Below are positions 49,104-58,651 of a stretch of DNA of 64,000 nucleotides, piece by piece. Location of the stretch: assembly GCA_963742735.1 (NCBI GenBank), contig CAVUMN010000004.1, positions 768,001-832,000 on the forward strand. The letters run 5' to 3'. Below the pieces are notes generated by a model. The model made no database searches and was not told the DNA's origin. It worked only from the letters and a program-made list of their open reading frames with translations. The stretch is from an uncultured Actinomycetes bacterium (GTDB taxonomy: Bacteria; Actinomycetota; UBA4738; JBBDTT01). The position numbers were made by a program, and so were the translations under genes. Numbering within the stretch: the stretch's first letter is position 1; every line of letters starts with the position of its first letter.

Positions 49104-49909
49104 TGGGCTTCGACTACGCGGGCAAGGTCGCGGTCGTCACCGGCGCCTCGAGCGGGATCGGCAAGGCGATCGCGCTGGACCTCGCGTCGCGGGGGACGAC
49201 GGTCGTGGCCCTGGCGCGGCGCAAGGAGCTCCTGGACGAGGTGATCGCCGAGGCGAAGACGACGGCACCGGAGAGCCGCGCGGTCGTCGCCGATATCTCG
49301 GACCGGGCGGCGGTCGAGAAGGCCATGCGGGCGGTGCTGAAGCGCCACGGCGCCGTCGACGTCCTGGTGAACAACGCCGGGATCCCCATGCGAAAGCACG
49401 TCTCGCGCCTGACCGTCGAGGACGTCGAGAACGTGATGCGCATCAACTTCTTCGGCAGCGTGTACGCGACGATGGCGCTGCTGCCGTCCATGCTCGAGCG
49501 AGGCTCGGGCCACCTGGTGAACATCGCGTCCGTGGCGGGGCGGCTGGGAAGCCCGCGCGAGGCGGCCTACAGCGCGTCGAAGTACGCGATGGCCGGATGG
49601 AGCGACGTGCTGGCCTCGGACCTGCTCGGCTCGGGCGTTCAGGTCCACCTGGTGAACCCGGGCCCGATCGACACCGAGATCTGGGGCCACGTCCAGGAGC
49701 CCCCCGCCTATCAGGGCAAGTTCTTCCCGCCGTCGGTGATCGCCAAGGCGGTCCGCAGGTCTCTGGAGACCGGCTCGTTCGAGCGGTGGGCGCCGAGGCG
49801 CATGCGCTTCGCCAGCTACTTCAAGACGTTCGCGCCCAAGCAGTTCGCCAAGGGCACCGCGAAGTACGACCGCAAGCGCGTCCCCGACCCGACGAAGTAC
49901 CGCGACTGA
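49103..49909 (+). CDS. Short-chain dehydrogenase/reductase
   Basis: TGASSGIG, NNAG, YSASK and PGPIDT. Confidence 0.92.
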   Translation: MGFDYAGKVAVVTGASSGIGKAIALDLASRGTTVVALARRKELLDEVIAEAKTTAPESRAVVADISDRAAVEKAMRAVLKRHGAVDVLVNNAGIPMRKHVSRLTVEDVENVMRINFFGSVYATMALLPSMLERGSGHLVNIASVAGRLGSPREAAYSASKYAMAGWSDVLASDLLGSGVQVHLVNPGPIDTEIWGHVQEPPAYQGKFFPPSVIAKAVRRSLETGSFERWAPRRMRFASYFKTFAPKQFAKGTAKYDRKRVPDPTKYRD

Positions 49910-50117
49910 CTCACTGCGCGATCTGGTACCAGAGCGTTTCCCGGAAGAGATGGAGCACGGGACCGCGCCCGATCGTCCTATCGGAGGCGTTTGGGAGGTG
50001 GGAGCGAGAACTGTCCTCGGACCGATGACGCCTGATGTCGACGGGTGCCGCTCAAACCGCTCACCTGCGGCTACGGGGGTTGCGGTTCGACGCGCCGAAC
50101 GCGACAGTCTGGAGGGA

Positions 50118-50650
50118 TGGTGAGCGAGGAGGTCCCCGCCGACGCCCCGATCGACTGGGAGCGACTGGCCACGAGTCTTGATGCTCTCGAACATGCGAGC
50201 ACGCGGAAGGGGCAGCTCGCGCTGGCCGAGATCATCGGCGCCGACCGGCTGCGCGCGTCTGTCGACTGGTACGTCGCCGGCCTGCCGGGCTTCGAGCTCG
50301 CACGCTTCGCGCTTTGGAGGCTGCAGCCGCTTGCGGCGCGCGATCGATGCATCGAGATCTGGCGGTCCGATGCTGAACCACTCCGGCGTCAGCTCGCGGT
50401 CGAGCTGCTTCGTGTTGTCGCAACGGCCGAGGACCTCCACCTCGTCGGTGAGTTCCTGGCCGATCCCGATGCCGGCGTGCAGTTGTGGGGCATCGGCGTC
50501 CTCGATCAGCTGGTGTGGTCCAACCAGCTCGAGGCGGAGGAGGCTGCGCCGTTCCTCGACTTGGCGGCGACGCACGCAAACCCCGAAGTGCGCGAGCGAT
50601 GCGACTTCATCCGCGAGGTTCTGCGAGGCCGCGACACGATCGAGGACTGA
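50118..50650 (+). CDS. Hypothetical helical (HEAT-repeat-like) protein
   Basis: Repeating helical pairs (LRRQLAVELL, FLADPDAGVQ, HANPEVRE); GGAGGG immediately upstream of the ATG. Confidence 0.65.
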
Positions 50651-50693
50651 ACGCACCAGTGCCCGCTTCGTGGATCCGCTCGCCGACGCCCGA

Positions 50694-51095
50694 CTACGGA
50701 ACGGCGCCCGGATCGCGGAAGTGGCTTCCGCGTGGACGCTTAACCAGGTAGGCCCGACTGTCCTTCCAGACCCGCTCGAACTCCTCGCGAGTGATCTCGA
50801 CGTGCGGGTAGTCGCCCCAGTCGTGCTCGGACCCCTCCGGAACCCCTCCGTAGCGTTGCTGGTACTCCTCGAGCTCGGGCGTCGCCGCCTGGCGCCGGTA
50901 GCCCTGAAGCTTCCAGAACTCGGCGAGACTGGCCGCACCGACAGGAACCTCCAGCTCGCCCATGAGTTCGACTGCCCTGAGCACCTCGCCGGCGTCGGTC
51001 AACTCGTACAGGAACGTCATTCGGCTGCCATCTAGGCCGTCGACCGGAACGCCGATGAGATCTGCCTCGTCCCACTTGGCTCGAACCCAACGAAC
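50694..51095 (-). CDS. Hypothetical protein (DUF6881/immunity-like); start uncertain, possibly decayed
   Basis: RWVRAKWDE, FLYELTDAGEVLRAVE, RYGGVPEG and EITREEFERVW; the first canonical start within the conserved-looking part is the ATG at 51020. Confidence 0.5.
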   Translation of the reverse strand, partial: VRWVRAKWDEADLIGVPVDGLDGSRMTFLYELTDAGEVLRAVELMGELEVPVGAASLAEFWKLQGYRRQAATPELEEYQQRYGGVPEGSEHDWGDYPHVEITREEFERVWKDSRAYLVKRPRGSHFRDPGAVP

Positions 51096-51178
51096 CGCAG
51101 GATCAAGTTGCCGACCGAAGTCTTGTTCGATTGATGCAGTCCACCCTTCAACGAGTGGATCGTCAACTTGCTGGGGGT

Positions 51179-51665
51179 CTACAGCTCGATGCCGAAGCCC
51201 CGCTCCGCCCCCGAGCGTGCTACTCGGAGAGCCGGCGGTGCTCCCACGACGGGTCAGGCGGTCCGTCACCGAGCTCGCGCTGGAGTGCAGCACGATCGCG
51301 CCGGAGTTGGTCGAGCGTCGATACCGGCGGCTCAACGTCGTCGAGGGCCATGCGCTTGCCGGCGCTGCGCCGGATCGCTTGGCGGAGGTCATCGAGCGGG
51401 TCTGGCTCGATCTCGGCTGCGTGGCGCTCGTCCGCACGGCGGTCCTCGGCGACGACAAACACGTCGTTGCCGTGCGGGCCTCGAGAGAGCGCCGTGTAGG
51501 CGTGTTCTCGGGAGGTCGTGTCGTCGAGGAGGACGAGGGAGCGGTCGACGGTTGCGCCCTGAGCCTTGTGGATCGTGGTGGCGTAGCCGTGGGTGAGGTG
51601 ACCGGCCTCGGCGTAGGCGAACGGGATCAAGAGCCGACGACCATCGCTGAAGCCGAGTCGCGTTG
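51179..51665 (-). pseudogene. Fragment of MobF/TraA-type conjugative relaxase-helicase C-terminus
   Basis: GHLTHGYATTIHKAQGATVD and SREHAYTALSRG (SF1 helicase C-terminal motifs), followed by an out-of-frame tail ERGFGIEL-stop. Confidence 0.8.
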
Positions 51666-51710
51666 TCGGCCGGCCACTCAGGAATCAGAGCGCGCTTCAG
51701 ATGTTCGCGA

Positions 51711-52871
51711 CTAGCTCTCGTCGAGCTTCCAGAGGCGGACGGCGTTGCCGGCCAGCATCTTGTAGCGCTCGCCCTGGTCGACGCCGGCCATCATCTCGTT
51801 GATCAGCTTCCGCGAGTACGGAAAGTCGTTGCCGTGGTGCGGGTAGTCGGTCGACCACATGATGTTGTCGACGCCCGCGGCGTGGCGGTTCTGGACGCCG
51901 TTGAAGTCGACCATGAACGTCGCGGCGAAGTTCCTGTACCAGTAGTAGCTCGGCTCGCGCTTCAGCTCGACGCCGCCCCAACCGCGATTGCGCCAGTAGC
52001 GGTCGTCCATCTGCTCCAAGAAGTGGGGGATCCAGCCGACCCCGGTCTCGATGAAGATGATCCGCAGGTCGGGGAAGCGGTCGAACACGCCGGAGAAGAT
52101 GAGCTGGCCGATGATCGGCGGGGTGTCCTTGAACACCGACGCCAGCCCCCCGACCGCCTTCTGCTTCTGCTTCGCGGTGCGGTCCGACACGCCCGGACTG
52201 GTGGCCTTGCCTCGCTCGAACGCCTTCACGCCGGCGCCGCGGGACATCAGGCGGATGTGGATGCTGACCGGGATGTCGAGCTCCTGGGCGGCCGCCCAGA
52301 ACGCGTCGTCCTCCTCCGAGAGGTCCTCGCCGCCGGTGGGCCAGGAGGAGATCACCACGCCCTTGAACCCGACGTCCTTCGACTTGCGGAGGTACTTCAC
52401 GCCCGTGTCCACGTCGAGGTTGGGGATCTGCTGCAGCCCGACGAGCCGCTCGCGGTCGGGCTCCATCCACTCGTTCCACAGGAAGTCGTTGTAGGCGTCG
52501 ATGCCGGCCAGGGAGACCTCGGGGTCCGGGTACCCGAGCCAGTGGCCGATCGTGCGCTGGGGCGGGAAGTGGATCTCCGCGTCGATCCCGTCGATGTCCA
52601 TGTCGCCCAGCCGCTCCTTGCCGATGTAGCAGGCCGGGCGGATGTCGTCGTAGGAGACGCCATGCCAGCGGAACTCCTCGAACCGCTTGCCCGGGGTCGA
52701 GACCAGGCCGATCGGGTCGGGGTCGCCGCCCACGAACTGCCACGCGTCGCCGCCCTCGTGGTCTTTCACGAGCGTCGGGGCGTTCTCCTGGAACTTCTTC
52801 GGGAGGTGGTTCTTCCAGATGTCGGGGGGCTCGAGGATGTGGGTGTCGGCCGAGATGATCTCGTAGCGCAT
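51711..52871 (-). CDS. Amidohydrolase family 2 protein
   Basis: ISADTHILEP, AYNDF, ETGVGWIP and MWSTDYPH; RBS GGAGGA. Confidence 0.9.
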   Translation of the reverse strand: MRYEIISADTHILEPPDIWKNHLPKKFQENAPTLVKDHEGGDAWQFVGGDPDPIGLVSTPGKRFEEFRWHGVSYDDIRPACYIGKERLGDMDIDGIDAEIHFPPQRTIGHWLGYPDPEVSLAGIDAYNDFLWNEWMEPDRERLVGLQQIPNLDVDTGVKYLRKSKDVGFKGVVISSWPTGGEDLSEEDDAFWAAAQELDIPVSIHIRLMSRGAGVKAFERGKATSPGVSDRTAKQKQKAVGGLASVFKDTPPIIGQLIFSGVFDRFPDLRIIFIETGVGWIPHFLEQMDDRYWRNRGWGGVELKREPSYYWYRNFAATFMVDFNGVQNRHAAGVDNIMWSTDYPHHGNDFPYSRKLINEMMAGVDQGERYKMLAGNAVRLWKLDES

Positions 52872-52973
52872 TCGGTATTCCTCCCGGGTCCAGGTGTGCG
52901 GGCCAGCGTACACCTGACGCGAGCGTCAGCGCCACCGGCAGGAGGGGGCCGGGGGCGCGTTGAACCAGTTCAG

Positions 52974-55631
52974 GTGCGCCTCTCTCGTCTCGCGGTCCCG
53001 CTGTCCTTCGTTCTGGCCGCGGTGGGCCTGCCGGCCGGCTCGCCGGCCGTCGCCGCCCCCGCCGGCGCCGGGCAGTTCGTGCTGAGCCCCGAGGGCAACC
53101 ACCTGTGGGCGTACGACGCCGCGACCGGCGCCGCGCAGCTCGTCAACCTGGCGCAGAACGGAAGCGGCGACCCCGGCGTGGCGCCGCCGAAGGGCTCGTC
53201 GAAGCGAGACATCAACGGCCAGGTCTGCGTGACCCCCGACCAGCGCCACGTCATCACCGGCGAGGACACCGTGATCGGCTCCGGCGGGAGCCACGACCCG
53301 CGCATCGCGGGATGGGGCTACTTCGCGATCTCGGGCTCGCGTCTCGGCGAGATCCGCATCCGGCAGGTCGGCAAGCTCGCCCCGGAGGCCGGGACCGGCC
53401 CCGGGTACACCGGCGACCCCGACAACTTCGGGTGCGGCTTCCTCGATGCCAGGCGGCTCGTGACGACGGCCATCGGCAATACGCTCCCGGGCGAGCCCGC
53501 GAACGGCCAGCTGTTCCTGTGGTTCGGCCCGTTCGATCGCCGGTTCCGCTCGGAGAAGACCGAGGACAAGACGACGACGTTCTTCGTCGGCGAGGTGCCG
53601 CACTGCGAGCTCGACCACACGCTCGCGACCGCGGGCGGGATCGCCGTCGACCCGAAGAACGGCGACGTCTATGTGGCCGCGAACCGTCCGACCGAGATTC
53701 CCGGGGGCGACCCCGGCGGCATCTGGCGGTTCAGCGGCCGGTTCCCGAAGACCCCGAAGGAGTGCACCAGGGCCTACCTCGACAGGCACGTGAGGAAGGA
53801 GCTGGTGATCCCCATCGAGCCACAGCTGCCCGCCGACCCGACGGCGCCGACGCCGAGCGCGGTCGTGGTCAGCCCGGACGACACCCTGTACGTCTCGAGC
53901 GTGTTCTCGGGGACCGTGTCGGAGTTCAGCAGGGACGGGGTGTGGAGGCGCGACCTGTACCCGCTCTCGCCGGTGGCGCCGCGGACCGGCCCGACGACGC
54001 AGACGCCGTTCGGGCTCGCCATCACCCGCGACGGCGCCCTGTGGATCGCCGACCTCGGCATCGCCCTGGCCGCGCCCGCGCCGGGACAAGGCTCCGTCAT
54101 CCGGGTGCCCCTCGGCGACGCCGTCGCCGTGCCGGAGACGGTCAAGGACGGGCTGACGTTCCCGGACGGGCTGGGCGTGTACTCGCCGCGGGCGGGCGCG
54201 TCGAGGCGGGGCGCCGCGACGTCGCAGTGGCCGTGCGGCAACTGGGGCATGTACGGCCGGACGCTCTCCCGGGAGTTCTCGACCGACTGTCCCAGCGGGA
54301 TCTCGCCGGAGACGGTCTCCGCGCTGCAGCCGGCCTGGACGTTCCGGGTCCCGCCGGCGCCGGGAGACCAGACCACGTTCACGGCGACGCCCGCCGTCGT
54401 CGAGGGTGTCGTGTACGTGGGGAGCTGGAACGGGAAGTTCTACGCGCTGAACCTCGAGGACGGCTCGGTGATCTGGGAGCACGAGACGATCCCGGCCGTG
54501 GGCGCCACGTTCGGACCGATCGTGTCCTCGGCGGCGGTGGCCGACGTGCGCGGCCGCAGGACGGTGTTCTTCGGCGCGGGGCCGCGGCTGTACGCGCTCG
54601 ACGCCGCCGACGGACGCGAGGTGTGGACCCGGCACTTCGGCAAGCTCCCCCGCGGCGAGGCCGACCCGGCGGAGGTCGAGTCCTCGCCGGTGGTGTGGAA
54701 GGACACCGTCTACGTGGGGATGGACGTCCACAACCAGCGCGGCGACGAGACGGGGAACAACCGGGGCGGCGTCTTCGCGCTGAACGCCGCGAGCGGCGCG
54801 ATCAAGTGGGAGTACCACCCGGAGCGCACGGCGCGGCAGTCCGCGTCGGGATGCGGCGGCGTGTGGGGCTCGCCGACCATCGACGCCGGCACGGGCCTGC
54901 TGTACTTCGGCACCGCCAACTGTCCGGCCGTGAACGACAACCCGAAGCTCCCGATGGAGGAGATCACCGCGCTGCGGGCGGCGACCGGCACGCGGGTATG
55001 GACGTTCCGCCCCCACCAGCCCGCCGGGGAGGAGGCCTACGACGACCAGGACGAGGACTTCGGGGCCACGCCGAACCTGTTCCGCGACACGACCGGGCGG
55101 AAGGTCCTGGGCGCCGGAAGCAAGGACGGGAGCTACTACGCGCTCGACCCGCGGAACGGCAAGGTCCTGTGGAACACCTCGGTCACCTCCCCAGCTCCGG
55201 GGGTCGGCGGGTTCATCGGCTCGCCCGCGGTGCTGGACGGGAACGTGTTCGGCGGCGTCGCGATCGGCTCACCCACCTGGTACCACTCGCTCGACGGCGC
55301 CACCGGCGAGCTGCGATGGAGGGGCGCCGCGGGGCCGAGCTACGCCGCGTCGGCGGGCGTCAACGGAGTGGTGTTCTCCGGCGCTCTCGACTTCACTGTG
55401 AAGGCGTTCGACGCGGCGACCGGCAACGTGCTGTGGGTCTCACCGGCCCTGGGGGCGGTGTCCTCGGGCCCGGCGATCGTGGGGGACTGGGTCCTGATCG
55501 GCTCCGGGACCTCGACGTCCGACGCGTGCGCGAAGGACCTTCCGGCCTCGGACGTGTGCGTCGCCTTCTTCGACGCCGCGCTGTCGCAGCAGGGCGGCCT
55601 CCACGCGTACCGGCTGCCCGCGCTTCCCTAG
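52974..55631 (+). CDS. Secreted two-domain protein: NHL-like propeller plus PQQ-binding-like beta-propeller
   Basis: Signal peptide; C-terminal half has W.MYG, TPAV..GVVYVGS..G..YAL, GGVWGSP, YFGTAN, DEDFGATPNL and GSKDG (PVA-dehydrogenase-like). Confidence 0.82.
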   Translation: MRLSRLAVPLSFVLAAVGLPAGSPAVAAPAGAGQFVLSPEGNHLWAYDAATGAAQLVNLAQNGSGDPGVAPPKGSSKRDINGQVCVTPDQRHVITGEDTVIGSGGSHDPRIAGWGYFAISGSRLGEIRIRQVGKLAPEAGTGPGYTGDPDNFGCGFLDARRLVTTAIGNTLPGEPANGQLFLWFGPFDRRFRSEKTEDKTTTFFVGEVPHCELDHTLATAGGIAVDPKNGDVYVAANRPTEIPGGDPGGIWRFSGRFPKTPKECTRAYLDRHVRKELVIPIEPQLPADPTAPTPSAVVVSPDDTLYVSSVFSGTVSEFSRDGVWRRDLYPLSPVAPRTGPTTQTPFGLAITRDGALWIADLGIALAAPAPGQGSVIRVPLGDAVAVPETVKDGLTFPDGLGVYSPRAGASRRGAATSQWPCGNWGMYGRTLSREFSTDCPSGISPETVSALQPAWTFRVPPAPGDQTTFTATPAVVEGVVYVGSWNGKFYALNLEDGSVIWEHETIPAVGATFGPIVSSAAVADVRGRRTVFFGAGPRLYALDAADGREVWTRHFGKLPRGEADPAEVESSPVVWKDTVYVGMDVHNQRGDETGNNRGGVFALNAASGAIKWEYHPERTARQSASGCGGVWGSPTIDAGTGLLYFGTANCPAVNDNPKLPMEEITALRAATGTRVWTFRPHQPAGEEAYDDQDEDFGATPNLFRDTTGRKVLGAGSKDGSYYALDPRNGKVLWNTSVTSPAPGVGGFIGSPAVLDGNVFGGVAIGSPTWYHSLDGATGELRWRGAAGPSYAASAGVNGVVFSGALDFTVKAFDAATGNVLWVSPALGAVSSGPAIVGDWVLIGSGTSTSDACAKDLPASDVCVAFFDAALSQQGGLHAYRLPALP

Positions 55632-56014
55632 GGCGTCCAGGTCTTCCGTTCGGCTCCCGGCTTGTACCAGGGGATGAACTTGCGGTTCTCCATGTCCCGG
55701 CCGGGGTCGTAGAGCGGCTTCACTTCCTCGCCGACGGCCTCGTGGCGCTCCTCGTGCTCCCAGTCCTTCATGGTCTGGTAGCTGTCCCACTCGCTGATCA
55801 CGAACCACCGGCCGTCGATCATCGAGCGGCCGAAGTGCGCCCACCGGTAGCCGGGCTGCTTCTGGGCGAGCTCGAACATCTCCTCCATGTATTTCGCGAA
55901 CTCGTCCTCCTTGTAGTCCTTCACGAAGAACTGGAGGACCGACAGCCAGGTCGTGTCGTAGGGGAAGCCGGCGTCGTCCTGGGGCGGGAGGCTGTTGATC
56001 GGCTCGTCGGCCAC
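55628..56014 (-). CDS. Antibiotic biosynthesis monooxygenase (ABM) family protein
   Basis: AQKQPGY and ISEWDS...W...H; RBS GAGGAGG upstream of the GTG. Confidence 0.8.
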   Translation of the reverse strand: MADEPINSLPPQDDAGFPYDTTWLSVLQFFVKDYKEDEFAKYMEEMFELAQKQPGYRWAHFGRSMIDGRWFVISEWDSYQTMKDWEHEERHEAVGEEVKPLYDPGRDMENRKFIPWYKPGAERKTWTP

Positions 56015-56058
56015 GCGATTCCTCCTCGGGTGCTCGGGTGCGGCATCGTATCCGGGCC

Positions 56059-57474
56059 ATGACCTCCGACCCACTCGATCTGGACGCCGTCGGGCTGGCC
56101 GAGGCGATCCGTCGTGGGGAGCTGTCACCCGTCGAGGCGGTGGAGGCCGCGGCGCGCCGGATCGAGGCGGTCGACCCCGTGGTGAACGCCGTGATCCACG
56201 AGCGCTTCGAGCGGGCGCTGGACGAGGCGGAGGACGGACTGCCCCAGGGCCCGTTCCGGGGGGTCCCGCTGCTGCTGAAGGACCTCGGCTGCGCCTCGGC
56301 GGGGGACCCCCGCCACGACGGGATGCGCTTCCTGCGAGACCTCGAGTGGGTGGAGGCCGCCGACTCGGAGCTCACGGCGGCATTCCGCGCGGCCGGGTTC
56401 GCGATCATCGGCCGGACCAACACCCCGGAGCTGGGGCTGCTTCCCACGACCGAGCCGGAGGCGCACGGGCCGACCCGGAACCCGTGGAACCTCGAACGAT
56501 CGGCGGGAGGATCGAGCGGCGGCTCCGGCGCCGCGGTGGCGGTGCGGATGGTGCCGGTCGCCCACGCGAGCGACAGCGGCGGGTCGATCCGCATCCCGGC
56601 CAGCGCGTGCGGGCTGGTCGGCCTCAAGCCCTCCCGTGGGCGCACGCCTCCCGGCGATCCGGCCGACTCGCCGCTGGGAGGCCATCACGTGCTGACCCGA
56701 TCGGTCCGGGACGCGGTGGCCGTCCTCGACGTGTTGTCCGGAGGCACGTTCGCGTCGGCGTCCACGGTGCCCCTCGAGGGGCTGCGGGTCGGGTTCGCCA
56801 CGGCGGCGTCCGGCGCGATGGTGCCCACCCATCCGGCATGCGCGGCGGCGGCCGAGGCGCTGGCCTCCCGGCTGGGGACGATGGGTCACCACGTGACCGG
56901 CGGCGGCCCCCCGGCGCTCAACGACCTGGATGCCGCCTCGGCGTTCCTATTCGGCCTGGGGGTCGCGTTCGGGACGGAGGCGGCCGACCGGCTCGCCCGG
57001 TGGAGCGTGGCCACCGGACGGCGGATCGGACCCGCGGACGTCGAGGTCCACACGTGGGCGCTCGCCGAGATGGGACGGTCGCTGTCGGACGAGACGATCG
57101 GCCGGGCCCTGGCCGACCTGGAGTCCTTCTCCGCCGCCGTCATCGGCTGGTGGGACGAGCACGACCTGCTGGTGACGCCGACCATCGCCGAGCCGCCGCC
57201 GCCGCTGGGTGAGTTCGTCTCGACGCCCGAGGATCCCCTCGCCGCCGGGCTCCGCGCGGGCCGGCTGACGCCGTTCACGACCCCGTTCAACGTCACCGGC
57301 CAGCCCGCGATCTCCCTGCCGGCGGCGTGGACCGACGACGGCCTGCCGATCGGCGTCCAGCTCGTGGCCGCCCCGGGCCGGGAGGACGTCCTGATCCGCG
57401 TGGCGGCCGCGCTCGAGGAGGAGCTCCGCTGGGAGGAGCGCGTGCCGCCCCGACCTCGGACGCGTGACAGGTGA
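56059..57474 (+). CDS. Amidase (amidase signature family)
   Basis: GVPLLLKD, GRTNTPE, GGSSGGS and DSGGSIRIPA. Confidence 0.93.
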   Translation: MTSDPLDLDAVGLAEAIRRGELSPVEAVEAAARRIEAVDPVVNAVIHERFERALDEAEDGLPQGPFRGVPLLLKDLGCASAGDPRHDGMRFLRDLEWVEAADSELTAAFRAAGFAIIGRTNTPELGLLPTTEPEAHGPTRNPWNLERSAGGSSGGSGAAVAVRMVPVAHASDSGGSIRIPASACGLVGLKPSRGRTPPGDPADSPLGGHHVLTRSVRDAVAVLDVLSGGTFASASTVPLEGLRVGFATAASGAMVPTHPACAAAAEALASRLGTMGHHVTGGGPPALNDLDAASAFLFGLGVAFGTEAADRLARWSVATGRRIGPADVEVHTWALAEMGRSLSDETIGRALADLESFSAAVIGWWDEHDLLVTPTIAEPPPPLGEFVSTPEDPLAAGLRAGRLTPFTTPFNVTGQPAISLPAAWTDDGLPIGVQLVAAPGREDVLIRVAAALEEELRWEERVPPRPRTRDR

Positions 57475-57499
57475 CGCACGCGTCAGGGAGGATGCGGGC

Positions 57500-58651
57500 G
57501 TGACCGGGATCCGAGACCGCGCGGCGATCGTCGGCGTGGCCCACACCGAGTTCTCGAAGTCGATCGGGCGTCCCGAGCGCACGATCGCCCTCGAGGCGAT
57601 CCGCGGCGCGCTCGACGACGCCGGCCTGCAGCCGTCCGACGTGGACGGCCTGGTGAAGTTCACGATGGAGCGCACGGTCGAGGTCGAGATCGCCCGCAAC
57701 CTGGGCATCCCGAACCTCCGGTTCTTCGGCGAGGTCGGCTACGGGGGCGGGGCGGGGTGCGGCGCGGTCGGCCACGCGGCGATGGCGATCGCGACCGGCA
57801 TGGCCGAGGTGGTCGTGGTGTGGCGGGCCCGGCTGCGGGGCAGCGGCGGCCGTCCGTGGGCGTCGAAGTCGAACCGCGTCGGCGACGAATTCCAGTGGTT
57901 CCTGCCGTGGGGCCTGTCGCGGCCGGTGGACCAGATCGCGATGCTCACCCGCCGCCACATGATCGAGCTCGGCTCCACCGAGGAGCAGTTCGGGGCGGTC
58001 GCGGTCGCCTTCCGCGAACACGCGCAGCAGAATCCCGCCGCGATGATGCACGGCAAGCCGATGTCGATGGAGGACTACCTGGCGGCGCGCTGGGTCAGCG
58101 AGCCGCTGCGGCTGTTCGACTGCTGCCTGGAGTCCGACGGCGCGCTGGCCGTGGTCCTGACCACGCCGGAGCGGGCGCGGGACCTGAGGAAGCCGCCGGT
58201 GCTCGTCCGGGGCGCTTCGCAGGGGACGGGTCCCGACCACACCGTGATGGCGAACTACTTCACCGAGCGGCCGCTCGACTCGCCGGCGAAGTACTCGGCC
58301 GAGGACCTGTGGCGGCAGGCCGGCATGGGGCCGGAGGACATCGACTGCGCGCAGTTCTACGACGCGTTCTCGCCGCTCGTCGTGATCTCGCTCGAGGAGT
58401 ACGGGTTCTGCAAGCCGGGCGACGGCGGGCCGTTCGCGGCCGACGGCAACCTCCGGCTGGGCGGGCGCCTGCCCACCAACACCAGCGGCGGCTCGCTGTC
58501 CGAGGCGTACGTCCACGGGATGAACCTGGTCGTCGAGGGCGTCCGACAGATCCGCGGCGAGAGCGTCAACCAGGTCGAGGGCTGCGCGAACGTGCTGGTC
58601 ACCAGCGGCAACGGCGTGCCCACCAGCTCGCTGATCCTGGGGGCGGCATGA
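57500..58651 (+). CDS. Thiolase-like lipid-transfer protein (SCP2-thiolase/Ltp family)
   Basis: DCCLESDGA, YDAFS and NTSGGSLSEAYVHG; coupled to a DUF35 gene. Confidence 0.9.
   Translation: MTGIRDRAAIVGVAHTEFSKSIGRPERTIALEAIRGALDDAGLQPSDVDGLVKFTMERTVEVEIARNLGIPNLRFFGEVGYGGGAGCGAVGHAAMAIATGMAEVVVVWRARLRGSGGRPWASKSNRVGDEFQWFLPWGLSRPVDQIAMLTRRHMIELGSTEEQFGAVAVAFREHAQQNPAAMMHGKPMSMEDYLAARWVSEPLRLFDCCLESDGALAVVLTTPERARDLRKPPVLVRGASQGTGPDHTVMANYFTERPLDSPAKYSAEDLWRQAGMGPEDIDCAQFYDAFSPLVVISLEEYGFCKPGDGGPFAADGNLRLGGRLPTNTSGGSLSEAYVHGMNLVVEGVRQIRGESVNQVEGCANVLVTSGNGVPTSSLILGAA

Larger units (their letters stand above)
49901..51712. mobile_element. Decayed integrative/conjugative element remnant bounded by the 7-bp direct repeat CGCGACT
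   Basis: Direct repeat at 49901-49907 and 51706-51712, imperfect inverted repeat at 49916-49930 and 51681-51695, visibly lower GC, relaxase fragment, no integrase. Confidence 0.65.

Noticed and set aside
50040-50105. GGTTCGA-containing stretch in the island as a tRNA fragment
   Set aside because: No cloverleaf, T-stem pairing or CCA end could be built.
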